The notes: generated from the sequence alone by a model not told the origin. Shown: positions 36,351 to 50,800, counted from the stretch's first letter. The stretch: 64,000 nucleotides of DNA from Balanoglossus misakiensis (GCA_040954595.2 CM082584.2:2263344-2327343); one strand, 5' to 3'. Translations and numbers: made by a program.

Positions 36351-38125
36351 GTTGTCATCATTATCATCATCAGCATCACAGCTGTTGTAGTCATTGTCAC
36401 TGTGAAAGTTTATGGCCCAGTCTTTGTGGGACAAGCAATCTGCGATTAAATCAAATGCACCATTTGTGATTTTGCTTTCTCTTTTCAGTAATTTTATGTA
36501 TTTCACATCTCTTAGATATAGTCTTCCGACACCTTCAAAATGAATTTTGTCATCTGTGATGACAGAATTATGTATGTCACATGATGGGGCAATAATACTA
36601 GCTACTCTTCTTTTGCCAGCATTATCTCTGTTTTCTCTACGTTTCTTAGCTAGCCTCCTATTTGGTTTCTTTTTACGTTTAATACTTGTGTGCTTCATGT
36701 AATGAAAAGAAAACATTTCATGTACTTTCTGCTTCCTGTCCTTCAACTTTATTTCTAACTCTTCAATTTGCTTATTCAACTCTTCAATTAAAGTTAAACA
36801 TTTGGTGTTGAAATGGACGGCACACTCGTGGCCAGATTTTATTTTTCCATTTTTTGTATAGCATTGCTGGGTATCAGAAAGAAGTTTATCTTTCTCTTGT
36901 TGAAGAGATGTTTTGATTTCTCCAACTTTATGTTCATTCTGTTCTATAATTCTGCTGTGATGAGGTTTTAAAATCTCAGAAGCAAGAACGACACCAAAAG
37001 CTGCTGGGTTGTTAGTGCTTGTCACTTTCTCCACGTCATTTTGGAAGCGCTCAAATTTCATTTCCAACTCGTATTGACGCCGTCCCTCTTCATGAAACTT
37101 CTTGCAGAAGTCTCTTATGTTTTTGCTCCACTTAAAATTTGCTGAGTAAAAGTCTGGTAAGACCCGGTTCATGAAGACTGCCCGCTTTGTTTTACCATTA
37201 GGAATATAACCATATTTAGGTTGCATCCACAGTTTCTGCTTGCTGCTCTCACCTGCACCTGACTTGGATTGGCTGGGTTGGAGAAATGACTCCTTGCTGG
37301 GAATTGGGTGTTTCAGAATGCTCCTTTTGAACCTATTGAGTCGCTTTATTTCAATAGACAGTCCTGAAATCAATAAAAATACGGATAAAAGGCTAAATGA
37401 CTACATACAAGTTTACATGGGTATTTTATGCACAAGGCAAAACATCAGTCAATATCCCAATACAAGATATATGATATTTGATTTATGCATTATTACAGAA
37501 AAGCCAAATTTAATTCTTAATTGTTGTCTATCAAACGAGTATAAAAGTATAAAAGCAGCCTGCATTTATTTCTAATATCTGTTGATGCAATTTTCAGGGA
37601 TATAAATTTGAAAGAAATGGTCATCTCTACACATTGCCACTACACATTGCCACTTTCCATAAAAAATAATGTACAACTAAGAATAGATGCATTTTTTTAA
37701 TCGGCAGATATTCTAGATCTAAGAGGTATATAACATTTTTTCAAACTGGGTAGAAATATTGTTTATATTAAACCCCAGCTACAACTTCATCTGAGTTTTA
37801 AACGCTAAAAGCTATCGTAGACGTTACGGTAGGTGTCAAAATTAAAGTTCCGGTCAAAGTTGCAGGGCGATGCATGAAAACACACACACTGCCTGTCTGA
37901 TTACAGGCAGCGACTGACTCCGCAGCCGCAGACAGAGCTGAGATGAGATGAGATTCCACACTTACCAATATCTTTAAGGTCGTCGTCATCAACATCAACT
38001 AGATGCTTTGCTTTTTGAACACCGGCGTCTAAAAAATATTGCGTGTAATTGTGCAGGTCACACATTTGCAAGAAATCAGCAATGTTGCTCTCATCAGATG
38101 TTGCCTCTCTTCCACTGCCATGATG
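36228..38125 (-). CDS. Two-exon gene: N-terminal SAM domain, coiled coil, basic NLS-like stretch, poly-Asp tail; start codon uncertain
   Basis: Exon ~38125-37966 reads SDESNIADFLQMCDLHNYTQYFLDAGVQKAKHLVDVDDDDLKDI-G|gtaag and splices in phase to atttcag|GA-LSIEIKRLNRF (37363), joining the 381-aa ORF. The nearest ATG (38121) is out of frame with the SAM sequence. Confidence 0.7.
36313..36375. repeat. (CAT)n microsatellite encoding poly-Asp
   Basis: tcatcatcatcatc... within the minus-strand ORF. Confidence 0.95.
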
Positions 38126-38362
38126 ACACTATGGAGGTACACGTGTGTAGAATGTTATGATGGGAAGTTCACCTCTTTTCCGAAAGCTCAAGATTTTAAA
38201 AAAAATATTTCACAAAACGAAAATTAAATTACATTTCAGTGATAAAAAATCACATAATACGGATTTTAATGCAAAAATGCCACCTTTGGTGTGAATGTAC
38301 CAAGCGCGCGATAAATTCCCGCGATAAATACACACGTGACCTTTTTACTGTTCAAAATCAAA

Positions 38363-41300
38363 ATGGCTGATGTCGCTCTCGGTCCGTCTTCTAAAGAAAG
38401 CGAGAAAGATCGCGTCAAGTTGACATTTTCGGAGAGGAGAAGTGCCTCGCAGAAGCAGTCCAAGGTTGGTGGCGGGTACGAACGTGTATCACAACAAACG
38501 TGTAAACCGGAACAATGTGAGGAGAAGCTCGAGGCACTCTTGGACGTGCACAGAAAAGCGCCCGAGAAACAGAAAATCGTCCAAGGCCTGCTGTATGTTG
38601 TACACCAATTGATGGTGATAAGTGATTTTGATGGAAAGGTGAAAGGGTATTTACGCTTCAAAGATGTCTATGGACTGTATTGCGGATTTTTTGAAACTCA
38701 GCCAACTGAACATGAATTCCGTGACCAACTGCTACATCCTGACCACGTACTCAATGTAACAGTTGTCACACTGGCAGGGTGTAGATATATCATACTCAAT
38801 AACAGTTTTGTTAGCTTTACTGATTTGTTCGTAGAACTAGAACATGCTACAGATCGCAAAGATACTGCAAGATTTCCTTTGACAATCGAATCCCTGCATG
38901 ATATCATTGCAACCATGGACACAGAGTATGATAAATCTGTTGTGAAAGCTGTTCTTTTTGCATCAAACTCAAGAAATGACATGCATATGCTTGGAGTAAA
39001 ACCAAACAGAGCTGTACAGTTTCTTTCCAAAGTGTTAGTTTCTGCAGAAGAATTCAAAAATGCCACTGAAGCAGCCCAAGATGTCCTTGTTCGTAGGGTG
39101 AAGGAAAAGATTAACAAAATAGTACAGCAAATAGAAGATGTTGATGCCAGACTAGACAGTTGTAGTTTGTCTGATAAAAGAAGAAGTGATCTATGTGCAG
39201 AGAGAGATTGCTTAGAAAAACGAAAGCGGGAATTAGCATTATTGTTAACTCCAGAAGATAAAAGTAGTAGGAGACGAGCCCTGCAATCTAAGAAGCGGAT
39301 CGCTCAAACATTGCTGGAAGAAAATCGGGTAAAGCGTAGAAAGCTTGGAGGAGGTGCACCTCGCCTTCTAGATACAGAGGATGAACTTTTCATCGCAAAA
39401 GCTGTTGAAGAAAAAAGTACAGCACATGGGCGAAGACATAATATTACACTTTACTCTCACCACCGTGTTAAGAAGAGACATTTTCTGTCCCTAGCGAATT
39501 ACATGCTGCTCCAAAGGGGAAAGAAATTAATCAAATCAGCAACAACAGTTCTTAATAGAGGCCGTCCTCGAAATGTACGATCCATACAGGCAAAAGCACA
39601 CATGGGGAAGTCCTTGTTTTGTGCCAGAAAGCCACCAAAGACTGAGCTACATTCAACGGAGTCCACTCATCATCAGAGGGCACATGTGAAGAATGCTAAA
39701 TTTAATATGTTTAGCGATTCGGAATGGTCAAACAGCCTTATGATCAGTATGGATGATAAAGCTTACCTAAGACCAGGAACTGATGGTGAGTAAAATTTTG
39801 TTGATTCATGGATTAAGGGCCCAGGACAAGAAACAGTCCCTTTCCAAACAGTCTCTTCTTTCAAATAGTGAAAAACCCATATGAGCTATATATCATTGGA
39901 AAGCATGAAGCTGTGTGACATGAAATGTAATCAGTTTTTGTCTTCTGTTTTGGTTTAATAGTTGGAGCAAGAGATGTTAAGAAAGGTGTAATCTATGATG
40001 TTACAAACCCGGAAAAACAGAACAAACTCCCTCAACATGATTTTAGTACGCCTGAAGTACATGTCACTCCGACCTCATTCCGCTTCATCTCTGCCAAAAC
40101 TGTAACTGTTGAAGGTAAGTGTGATTAATGCACTAGTTTGCTGAATATACTTAGTACAGATATCTAAATTGCCAAATATAAAAATCCAAAACATTGTTCA
40201 CATATGTACTTCTTGTACACTTGGGAAATGAGTAATTTAATATAGGAATTGACCAATCAGAATCAACCTGTCTTTATGAGACCTTTTTACATTATCTCCT
40301 AATTTTCTTATTCCCTTATAAGGAAATAAAGAACTTGTCAATTAAAAGGATCAAACTGTGGTGGTGATTCGACCTAAACATTTCATTGGGAGCAGTGGAA
40401 GTGTCTGGGCCTCTGACTACTTGATGTTAAGGTAACATTCTAACAATACCAAAGTATGATTAAATTTTGAGTTTTGTATAGTTGTTGAACAGATACATAT
40501 CCTGCCTTACAAATACTAAGTGTGGAGCTACTTCCATACATTTTGGTTTGTAGGAGAGAAGAGCCTGAGCTTTTTGAGAAGCAACAAGGACATTCTTCAA
40601 ATAACCAGGCTTTGAAGATTTTCTATGCACAAGTCCATGATACAGTCTTCCACTTTAAAGGTAGGTTTGCTCTGCCACTGAAGCAATTATTATTAAATAC
40701 CCTAAGTCTTGTTTTTTTGCAAAAATAAATAGTTTTTGAAACAAGTAGGCAGGACAAGTCAAAACAAAAGTTTTTTTCAGTATTTTTGTTGTGTCTTTCA
40801 ACTACGCTGGATCCCTGAATCATGATCAAATACCCAGTGTATAGATTCTCAACACAACCTATATGAATATAATTACCATTGTTATTGTTGTAAATTGTTT
40901 TCTAATCCAGACTAGAATTCATTTGTCAACAATAACAGTGTCATTTCACATATACAGGTTATGTTGAGAGTGAGAATACTAGGCATTTCAGCATGATCTA
41001 GAGAAACGTAAAGCTGATATACACAGATCCAAAATACTGAAAAAAATAGCCAAAGTTACATCTAATGTCCCTTTAATTAATGCATCTTATTGTACCATAG
41101 TCCCCTTTGTCAGCTAAAGAGGACAATCCTGTTGGTGATTATCCATCCTTTAGTTATGCAGTTCAATTCATGCTTTATAACTACTTTTGTTTATAGATAC
41201 AACTGTACAAGAAGATGTTGAATGTGTGACAACTGATCAAAAATGTGTATTTCGCAAATATGAAGGTGACAGGCTGGCTTGGTTGCATCATCATTTGGAG

Positions 41301-41863
41301 CAGGCATGGACAAGATTGGATGAATATCTGAAAAGAAGACAGGAGGAGAGTTCATCAGATTTGCTAGAGCCAGTGAAACAGGTTATCCAAAATGCAGAGT
41401 TACTGCTGGGAGAAATAAGGTGCATTTGTAAAATTATTTAATGAGTTCAGTCATTGGCTCTGTTATCGAACCCTGATGTTGAATATCACAGCAAAACATT
41501 ACTGTCAGATTTCCCCTTTTGGAAAAATGGAACTATCGCTTTTAGTCACTTTTGAATGCTTATCTTATTTGTTATCTTTTACATTTCAGGACCATTAACA
41601 AAGATGCCCTTTTTGTTGGTTTGACTGGCTTGATTGACATATGTGATATTATCATACAGAAGCTCTCTTTTGTTCAAGCACCTATGTATGGCAAAATTCT
41701 CAAGACGACTGATGCAAGACCAGGTGTTGGTGTCAGCAATGTGGAAGTGAGATATAGAGATGCTGAACTTATACATATTCATGGAACTGACCGCATGATA
41801 CGACTACACAGAGCACCTGGGGATTCTGGTCAAAATGAGGCAGAAAGATTAAATGCTGCAATA
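38363..41863 (+). pseudogene. Multi-exon Zator-like (TP36-related) DDE transposase; approximate exons 38363-39785, 39962-40114, 40323-40431, 40554-40660, 41197-41419, 41590-41863; one in-frame stop
   Basis: Phase-compatible GT-AG junctions give ISMDDKAYLRPGTD|VGARD...LPQHDF...VIRPK...KTTDARPG...HRAPGDSGQNEAERLNAAIG, in the Zator motif order (DDKA, LP.HD, DGGP, AP..S..N..ER). TAA at 40343-40345; the 3' exons are not in the window. Confidence 0.7.
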
Positions 41864-41874
41864 GGTAAGCAGTA

Positions 41875-44800
41875 GGGCAACAACTTGAAATCCCCATATG
41901 CATTTAATACCCATGTCAAAGTGAAGAGTTTGCATCACCATATACTCTGATGCATCATTGAGCTTGCTTCGCCATTTGCCCTAACGCAAAGAATTACATT
42001 CAATGTCACCATTGCATTAGCAATGTCAAAGTACAGTGCTTTCCGCCACGTATTAAACTGGGGATTTACAGTCACCTTTAAATCCCCCTGTAGGCATTTT
42101 ATACCCAAGTTCAAGTGCAGAGCTTGCATCACTATCTACCCTGATGCATCATCAACCTTGCTTCGCCATTTACCCTGATGCAAAGAATCAGATTCAATGT
42201 CATCGTTGCATTAGCAATGTCAAAGTACAGTGCGTTTGGACACGTATTAACCCAGGGATTTATCATCAACTTGAAATCCCCATATGCATTTAATACCCAT
42301 GTCAAAGTGAAGTGTTTGCATCACTATCTACCCTGATGCATCATAAAGCTTGCTACGCCATTTACCCTGATGCAAAGAATCAGATTCAATGTCATCGTTA
42401 CATTAGCAATGTCAAAGTACAGTGCTTTTGGACACGTATTAACCCAGGGATTTATCATCAACTTGAAATCCCCATATGCATTTAATACCCATGTCAAAGT
42501 GAAGTGATTGCATCACTATCTACCCTGATGCATCATCAACCTTGCTTCGCCATTTGCCCTGATGCAAATAATCAGATTCAATGTCATCGTTGCATTAGCA
42601 ATGTCAAATTAGAGTGCTTTTGGCCACGTATTAACCTATGGATTTACATTTAACATTAAATACCCATGTGAAAGTGCAGAGTTTGCATCACCATCTACTC
42701 TGATGCATCATTGAGCTTGCTTCGCCATTTGCCCTAATGCAAAGAATCCCATTCAATGTCACCATTGCATATGCAATGTCAAAGTACAGTGCTTTCCGCC
42801 ACGTATTAACCTAGGGATTTACAGACAACTTTAAATCCCCCTGTAGGCATTTTATACCCATGTCAAAGTGCAGAGCTTGCATCACTATCTACCCTGATGC
42901 ATCATCAACCTTGCTTCGCCATTTACCCTGATGCAAAGAATCAGATTCAATGTCATCGTTGCATTAGCAATGTTAAAGTACAGTGCTTTTGGACACGTAT
43001 TAACCCAGGGATTTACAGACAACTTTAAATCCCCCTGTAGGCATTTTATACCAATGTCAAAGTGAAGGGCTTGAAACACCATCTTCCCAGATGCATCATC
43101 AAGCTTGCTTCGCCTTTTACCCTGATGCAAAAGATCAGAATTAAAATCACTGTTGCATTAGCAATTACAGTGCTTTTGGCCATGTACAGTCCCAACAGAA
43201 TAGAACAACTATTTGTACATTTCTGAATACGGCAAGTAGTACGTCAACCCTACGGGAACCCCTACGGGAACTATTGTTAGTTGTAGCAGAGTTTGCTGCA
43301 ACAATTGTCTAAGGCCCATTTCCTTTTGTTACATTTCCGTAAAAACTACGGCAACTCCTTTACAGCAAGCCATTAACAAGGGAAGCTTAACACCTCTACC
43401 CATAAATACTGCTGCAACACCTGTCAATTAGCCCCACAGAGTGATGCCTTTTGTTCAAGGTGTTGATTATTTTGCTACAATTAGAGTGATTGACAGGTCT
43501 AGAACTAGAGTGCAACATTTTTGCAACAGGTCACTGCAACATTGTATCACAAAGTTTACAAAAGAAGCTCTGTCTGAGAATAAAATGGCAAAGGGCTGAC
43601 ATCAAATACCAATGAAGTCAGTTTTGGAATGATGTTATGTTCATCGACAAAGTCTGAACTCTCTTGGTAACAGAACAGTCTGTGGACATGAACAGAGGTC
43701 AACACATCCCTACCCCAGTGTTGTAGAATGCACATGTTTTGCTGGGGTTTCTTTTCTTTCAAGGAGCTGGACCAATTAATATTTGAGAGATACAGCATGA
43801 CCAATGGAAAATCAAACACAATGACGCATTTCACAATTGGGTTTAGCTTAAAAGACATTGGCTTTCATTATTGTTGACCTGCTGCCCCCCCCCCCTTACA
43901 TGAAGACCCTGATAATAAATATTAGGCTTGTTTACAAAATAATGTTGGCCTGCAGTACCACGTTCCGCTGCAGTTTGATCTTTAGAACAGACAAGTTTTG
44001 AGAGTCTTGACTATAATTTTGAAGGGTTTCATAAGTAGTAATGGTCTGTATTATTTCAATATTCTATTATTACGGCAATGGATATACATTCATTTTCCGA
44101 CGGGCAGTGCTTGAACATGATGGGAAGTGACTGGCAGCAATTAGTTGGCCGGTTTGGGATGAATGACCTACATGTTTACTCATTATATATTCACGCAATT
44201 TGTTTAGTCTAAGCAAGCCCCTGCACTTGGCAGAATTTGGATACAATTTGCCTGTCAATCATTGTCTGGCTACCTCTTGCCCTCAAAGTCCGCGCCTGAT
44301 AAAATACATTCAATGAGCGACCTTTATATCCAGACAGAGAGGGGGTGGCCGCAGTGAATGAATTGATGGTAAGTTTCAAATTCACATGTAAAATTTTAAC
44401 ATTTTCTGTTCAAATCCAGCCAGTTCAATGTATTGTTTAATCAACATTCCTGAAATAAAAAAGTTGACAACAAAGTGATTACTACGAGCGGGCATGCATG
44501 ACAGTATTGATCGCTGAACTTTCAACAAAATACAGTGGTATAGTGGTTTAGTCCAAATGCTTCTTTGTCAAGCTCTCGGGTGCGTGAATATTCATGAGAA
44601 ACTTATTACTGCGAACGTACATTCACAACATGAAACTAGTCCTATTATTTCAGAGCACTTGCCAAGTGGTCAAATCATGGTGGTAAAAGATGAGTGGCCG
44701 GCAAGACCGGGCCTAGACGTCCTCCACCTGTGTCAAACGGCTTTTGATGTGAATAATACTTTGCATAAATTACGAGGTCAACATGTGTGGTAGTGCTGGT

Positions 44801-47800
44801 AGTATCGATCGATCGACCTGGTAAAAAGATGAGCGGCTAGACGTCCTGCTGCCGTGTCTAACAGCTTTTGACGTGACAAATAATTTGAATAAATTACAAG
44901 GTCAACATGTGGCCGATTTCATCATGTAAATAAAAAGCACATGGGTCCAAAAGTTTCAGGCACTCTGATATGCATAGTGGTGTCAGAGGTGTTTCCCACA
45001 CCAAAACTTAGAAGACAGTCATTTCAATTACGGCCTCCTGCCAAACTCAACACATGCGCACAAAATGGAACTGCAACTTTATTCACAAATCTGCAGAATT
45101 CTAGTGCAAAAAACAGACAAACTCAAAATACACATCGCACCATGGTTCACTCTGAATTACATGTATTTGGACTTTCACTGGGCCATGTCTCTGCTTGATA
45201 GCATCAGGTTTGCAACACATTGTTGCCAAATTTACACATATTGACAAGGTAATCAAAACAACAGGTGTTTTATTACTCAGGGTATCACTAATGCCAGGGA
45301 GGTCCGTCTGCGTCTATTTGGTCACCAGCATGGCACACGTCCTGTAATTATAATTGCTGTTTTGAGTGCGTCTTTACCTAATTTGAATATCCTGATCAGG
45401 TTGTTGGCCTTGCCCTAGTCAAAATGTACATTGATACAAACAATTGCAACATATTAGTCAATACCCTGCCAACTTACGCCAAGTGTACATGTTGTTATGG
45501 AAGTTTATTTTTAGAACCGCTTGCTTTCTGCATAGGTCACAACACAAAACTTTGAAGCCCGTCAGCTAGCCCTGCATAGCGTATGTAAAGCTACTGAGAC
45601 AGGGGAAATATTAGTAAGGTTGACAACTGACTTGCTCGCTATCAAGATTTAGAAGGAATTTATTTGCTTAGTGAGGCCAGGACATAAATTGCCCCCAACC
45701 AAGCAAAATCCACTTGGGTGGAGCTCATTATCACACATAGACATTGCTACAACTATTGTTCACATCAGGGTGATAATCACCTCCCCATTAGCCCTTCTTG
45801 CTGTAACACCTGCCCCAAATTGCCGTAATGGAGCACACATTCTTTTGTTTCAAACTACGGGAACCTTTGTAGTTGCCGTAAACTAAGACAAAAAACATCA
45901 ATTAACCAACAAAAGAGGTGTTGCCGTAACATCTCTGCTACAACACTGCTACAACTAGTGCGGGAACTTTCCCGTACAGTTTAGTTGTTGTACGCTGTTG
46001 GGACTGTATTAACCCAGGGATTTACAGTCAACTTTAAATACTCATGCATATGCATTGAAAACCTATGTCAAAGTGCAGAGCTTGCATCACCATCTACTCT
46101 GATGCATCATAAAGCTTGCTTCGCCATTTGCCCTAATGCAAATAATCACATTCAATGGCACCATTGCATTAGCAATGTCAAAGTACAGTGCTTTTGGACA
46201 CGTATTAACCTACGGAATTTTCAACAACTTGAAATCCCCATATGCATTTAATACCTATGTCAAAGTGAAGTGTTTGCATCACCATCTACTCTGATGCATC
46301 ATTGAGCTTGCTTCGCCATTTGCCCTAATGCAAAGAATCACATTCAATGTCACCATTGCATTAGCAATGTCAAAGTACAGTGCTTTCCGCCACGTATTAA
46401 ACTGGGGATTTACAGACAACTTTAAATCCCCCTGTAGGCATTTTATACCCAAGTTCAAGTGCAGAGCTTGCATCACTATCTACCCTGATGCATCATCAAC
46501 CTTGCTTCGCCATTTACCCTGATGCAAAGAATCAGATTCAATGTCATCGTTGCATTAGCAATGTCAAAGTACAGTGCTTTTGGACATGTATTAACCCAGG
46601 GATTTATCATCAACTTGAAATCCCCATATGCATTTAATACCCATGTCAAAGTGAAGTGATTGCATCACTATCTACCCTGATGCATCATCAACCTTGCTTC
46701 GCCATTTGCCCTGATGCAAAGAATCAGATTCAATGTCATCGTTGCATTAGCAATGTCAAATTAGAGTGCTTTTGGCCACGTATTAACCTATGGATTTACA
46801 TTTAACGTTAAATACCCATGTGAAAGTGCAGAGTTTGCATCACCATCTACTCTGATGCATCATTGAGCTTGCTTCGCAATTTGCCCTAATGCAAAGAATC
46901 CCATTCAATGTCACCATTGCATATGCAATGTCAAAGTACAGTGCTTTCCGCCACGTATTAACACAGGGATTTACAGACAACTTTAAATCCCCCTGTAGGC
47001 ATTTTATACCCATGTCAAAGTGCAGAGCTTGCATCACTATCTACCCTGATGCATCATCAACCTTGCTTCACCATTTACCCTGATGCAAAGAATCAAATTC
47101 AATGTCATCGTTGCATTAGCAATGTCAAAGTACAGTGTTTTTGGACACGTATTAACCCAGGGATTTACAGACAACTTTCAATCCCCCTGTAGGCATTTTA
47201 TACCCATGTCAAAGTGAAGTGTTTGCATCACTATCTACCCTGATGCATCATAAAGCTTGCTACGCCATTTACCCTGATGCAAAGAAACAGATTCAATGTC
47301 ATCATTGCATTAGCAATGTCAAAGTACAGTGCTTTTGGACACGTATTAACCCACTGATTTTTCAACAACCTGAAATCCCCATATGCATTTAATACCCATG
47401 TCAAAGTGAAGTGTTTGCATCACTATCTACCCTGATGCATCATAAAGCTTGCTACGCCATTTACCCTGATGCAAAGAATCAGATTCAATGTCATCGTTAC
47501 ATTAGCAATGTCAAAGTACAGTGCTTTTGGACACGTATTAACCCAGGGATTTATCATCAACTTGAAATCCCCATATGCATTTAATACCCATGTCAAAGTG
47601 AAGTGATTGCATCACTATCTACCCTGATGCATCATCAACCTTGCTTCGCCATTTGCCCTGATGCAAAGAATCAGATTCAATGTGATCGTTGCATTAGCAA
47701 TGTCAAATTAGAGTGCTTTTGGCCACGTATTAACCTATGGATTTACATTTAACATTAAATACCCATGTGAAAGTGCAGAGTTTACATCACCATCTACTCT

Positions 47801-50800
47801 GATGCATCATTGAGCTTGCTTCGCCATTTGCCCTAATGCAAAGAATCCCATTCAATGTCACCATTGCATATGCAATATCGAAGTACAGTGCTTTCCGCCA
47901 CGTATTAACCCACAGATTTTTCAACAACCTGAAATCCCCATATGCATTTAATACCCATGTGAAAGTGAAGTGTTTTCATCACTATCTACCCTGATGCATC
48001 ATAAAGCTTGCTACGCCATTTACCCTGATGCAAAGAATCAGATTCAATGTCATCGTTACATTAGCAATGTCAAAGTACAGTGCTTTTGGACACGTATTAA
48101 CCCAGGGATTTATCATCAACTTGAAATCCCCATATTCATTTAATACACATGTCAAAGTGAAGTGATTGCATCACTATCTACCCTGATGCATCATCAACCT
48201 TGCTTCGCCATTTGCCCTGATGCAAAGAATCAGATTCAATGTGATCGTTGCATTAGCAATGTCAAATTAGAGTGCTTTTGGCCACGTATTAACCTATGGA
48301 TTTACATTTAACATTAAATACCCATGTGAAAGTGCAGAGTTTGCATCACCATCTACTCTGATGCATCATTGAGCTTGCTTCGCCATTTGCCCTAATGCAA
48401 AGAATCCCATTCAATGTCACCATTGCATATGCAATGTCAAAGTACAGTGCTTTCCGCCACGTATTAACCCAGGGATTTACAGACAACTTTAAATCCCCCT
48501 GTAGGCATTTTATACCCATGTCAAAGTGCAGAGCTTGCATCACTATCTACCCTGATGCATCATCAACCTTGCTTCGCCATTTACCCTGATGCAAAGAATC
48601 AGATTCAATGTCATCGTTGCATTAGCAATGTCAAAGTACAGTGCTTTTGGACACGTATTAACCCAGGGATTTACAGACAACTTTAAATCCCCCTGTAGGC
48701 ATTTTATACCCATGTCAAAGTGAAGTGTTTGCATCACTATCTACCCTGATGCATCATAAAGCTTGCTACGCCATTTACCCTGATGCAAAGAATCAGATTC
48801 AATGTCATCATTGCATTAGCAATGTCAAAGTACAGTGCTTTTCGACACGTATTAACCCACAGATTTTTCAACAACCTGAAATCCCCATATGCATTTAATA
48901 CCCATGTCAAAGTGAAGTGTTTGCATCACTATCTACCCTGATGCATCATAAAGCTTGCTACGCCATTTACCCTGATGCAAAGAATCATATTCAATGTCAT
49001 CGTTACATTAGCAATGTCAAAGTACAGTGCTTTTGGACACGTATTAACCCAGGGATTTATCATCAACTTGAAATCCCCATATGCATTTAATACCCATGTC
49101 AAAGTGAAGTGATTGCATCACTGTCTACCCTGATGCATCATCAACCTTGCTTCGCCATTTGCCCTGATGCAAAGAATCAGATTCAATGTCATCGTTACAT
49201 TAGCAATGTCAAAGTACAGTACTTTTGGACACGTATTAACCCAGGGATTTATCATCAACTTGAAATCCCCATATGCATTTAATACCCATGTCAAAGTGAA
49301 GTGATTGCATAACTATCTACCCTGATGCATCATAAAGCTTGCTACGCCATTTACCCTGATGCAAAGAATCAGATTCAATGTCATCGTTACATTAGCAATG
49401 TCAAAGTACAGTGCTTTTGGACACGTATTAACCCAGGGATTTATCATCAACTTGAAATCCCCATATGCATTTAATACCAATGTCAAAGTGAAGTGATTGC
49501 ATCACTATCTACCCTGATGCATCATCAACCTTGCTTCGCCATTTGCCCAGATGCAAAGAATCAGATTCAATGTCATCGTTGCATTAGCGATGTCAAATTA
49601 GAGTGCTTTTGGCCACGTATTAACCTATGGATTTACATTTAACATTAAATACCCATGTGAAAGTGCAGAGTTTGCATCACCATCTACTCTGATGCATCAT
49701 TGAGCTTGCTTCGCCATTTGCCCTAATGCAAAGAATCGCATTCAATGTCACCATTGCATATGCAATGTCAAAGTACAGTGCTTTCCGCCACGTATTAACC
49801 CAGGGATTTACAGACAACCTTAAATCCCCCTGTAGGCATTTTATACCCATGTCAAAGTGCAGAGCTTGCATCACTATCTACCCTGATGCATCATAAAGCT
49901 TGCTACGCCATTTACCCTGATGCAAAGAATCAGATTCAATGTCATCGTTGCATTAGCAATGTCAAAGTACAGTGCTTTTGGACACGTATTAACCCAGTGA
50001 TTTATCATCAATTTGAAATCCCCATATGCATTTAATACCAATGTCAAAGTGAAGTGATTGCATCACTATCTACCCTGATGCATCATCAACCTTGCTTCAC
50101 CATTTGCCCGGATGCAAAGAATCAGATTCAATGTCATCGTTGCATTAGCAATGTCAAATTAGAGTGCTTTTGGCCACGTATTAACCTATGGATTTACATT
50201 TAACATTAAATACCCATGTGAAAGTGCAGAGTTTGCATCACCATCTACTCTGATGCATCATTGAGCTTGCTTCGCAATTTGCCCTAATGCAAAGAATCCC
50301 ATTCAATGTCACCATTGCATATGCAATGTCAAAGTACAGTGCTTTCCGCCACGTATTAACCCAGGGATTTACAGACAACTTTAAATCCCCCTGTAGGCAT
50401 TTTATACCCATGTCAAAGTGCAGAGCTTGCATCACTATCTACCCTGATGCATAATCAACCTTGCTTCGCCATTTACCCTGATGCAAAGAATCAGATTCAA
50501 TGTCATCGTTGCATTAGCAATGTCAAAGTACAGTGCTTTTGGACACGTATTAACCCAGGGATTCACAGACAACTTTAAATCCCCCTGTAGGCATTTTATA
50601 CCCATGTCAAAGTGAAGTGTTTGCATCACTATCTACCCTGATGCATCATAAAGCTTGCTACGCCATTTACCCTGATGCAAAGAATCAGATTCAATGTCAT
50701 CGTTGCATTAGCAATGTCAAAGTACAGTGCTTTTGGACACGTATTAACCCAGGGATTTATCATCAACTTGAAATCCCCATATGCATTTAATACCAATGTC

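Noticed and set aside
38266-39117. Minus-strand ORFs 38266..38661 and 38698..39117 (also 27515..27757 and 36264..36449 on the plus strand)
   Set aside because: They are antisense shadows of longer genes or of the (CAT)n tract.
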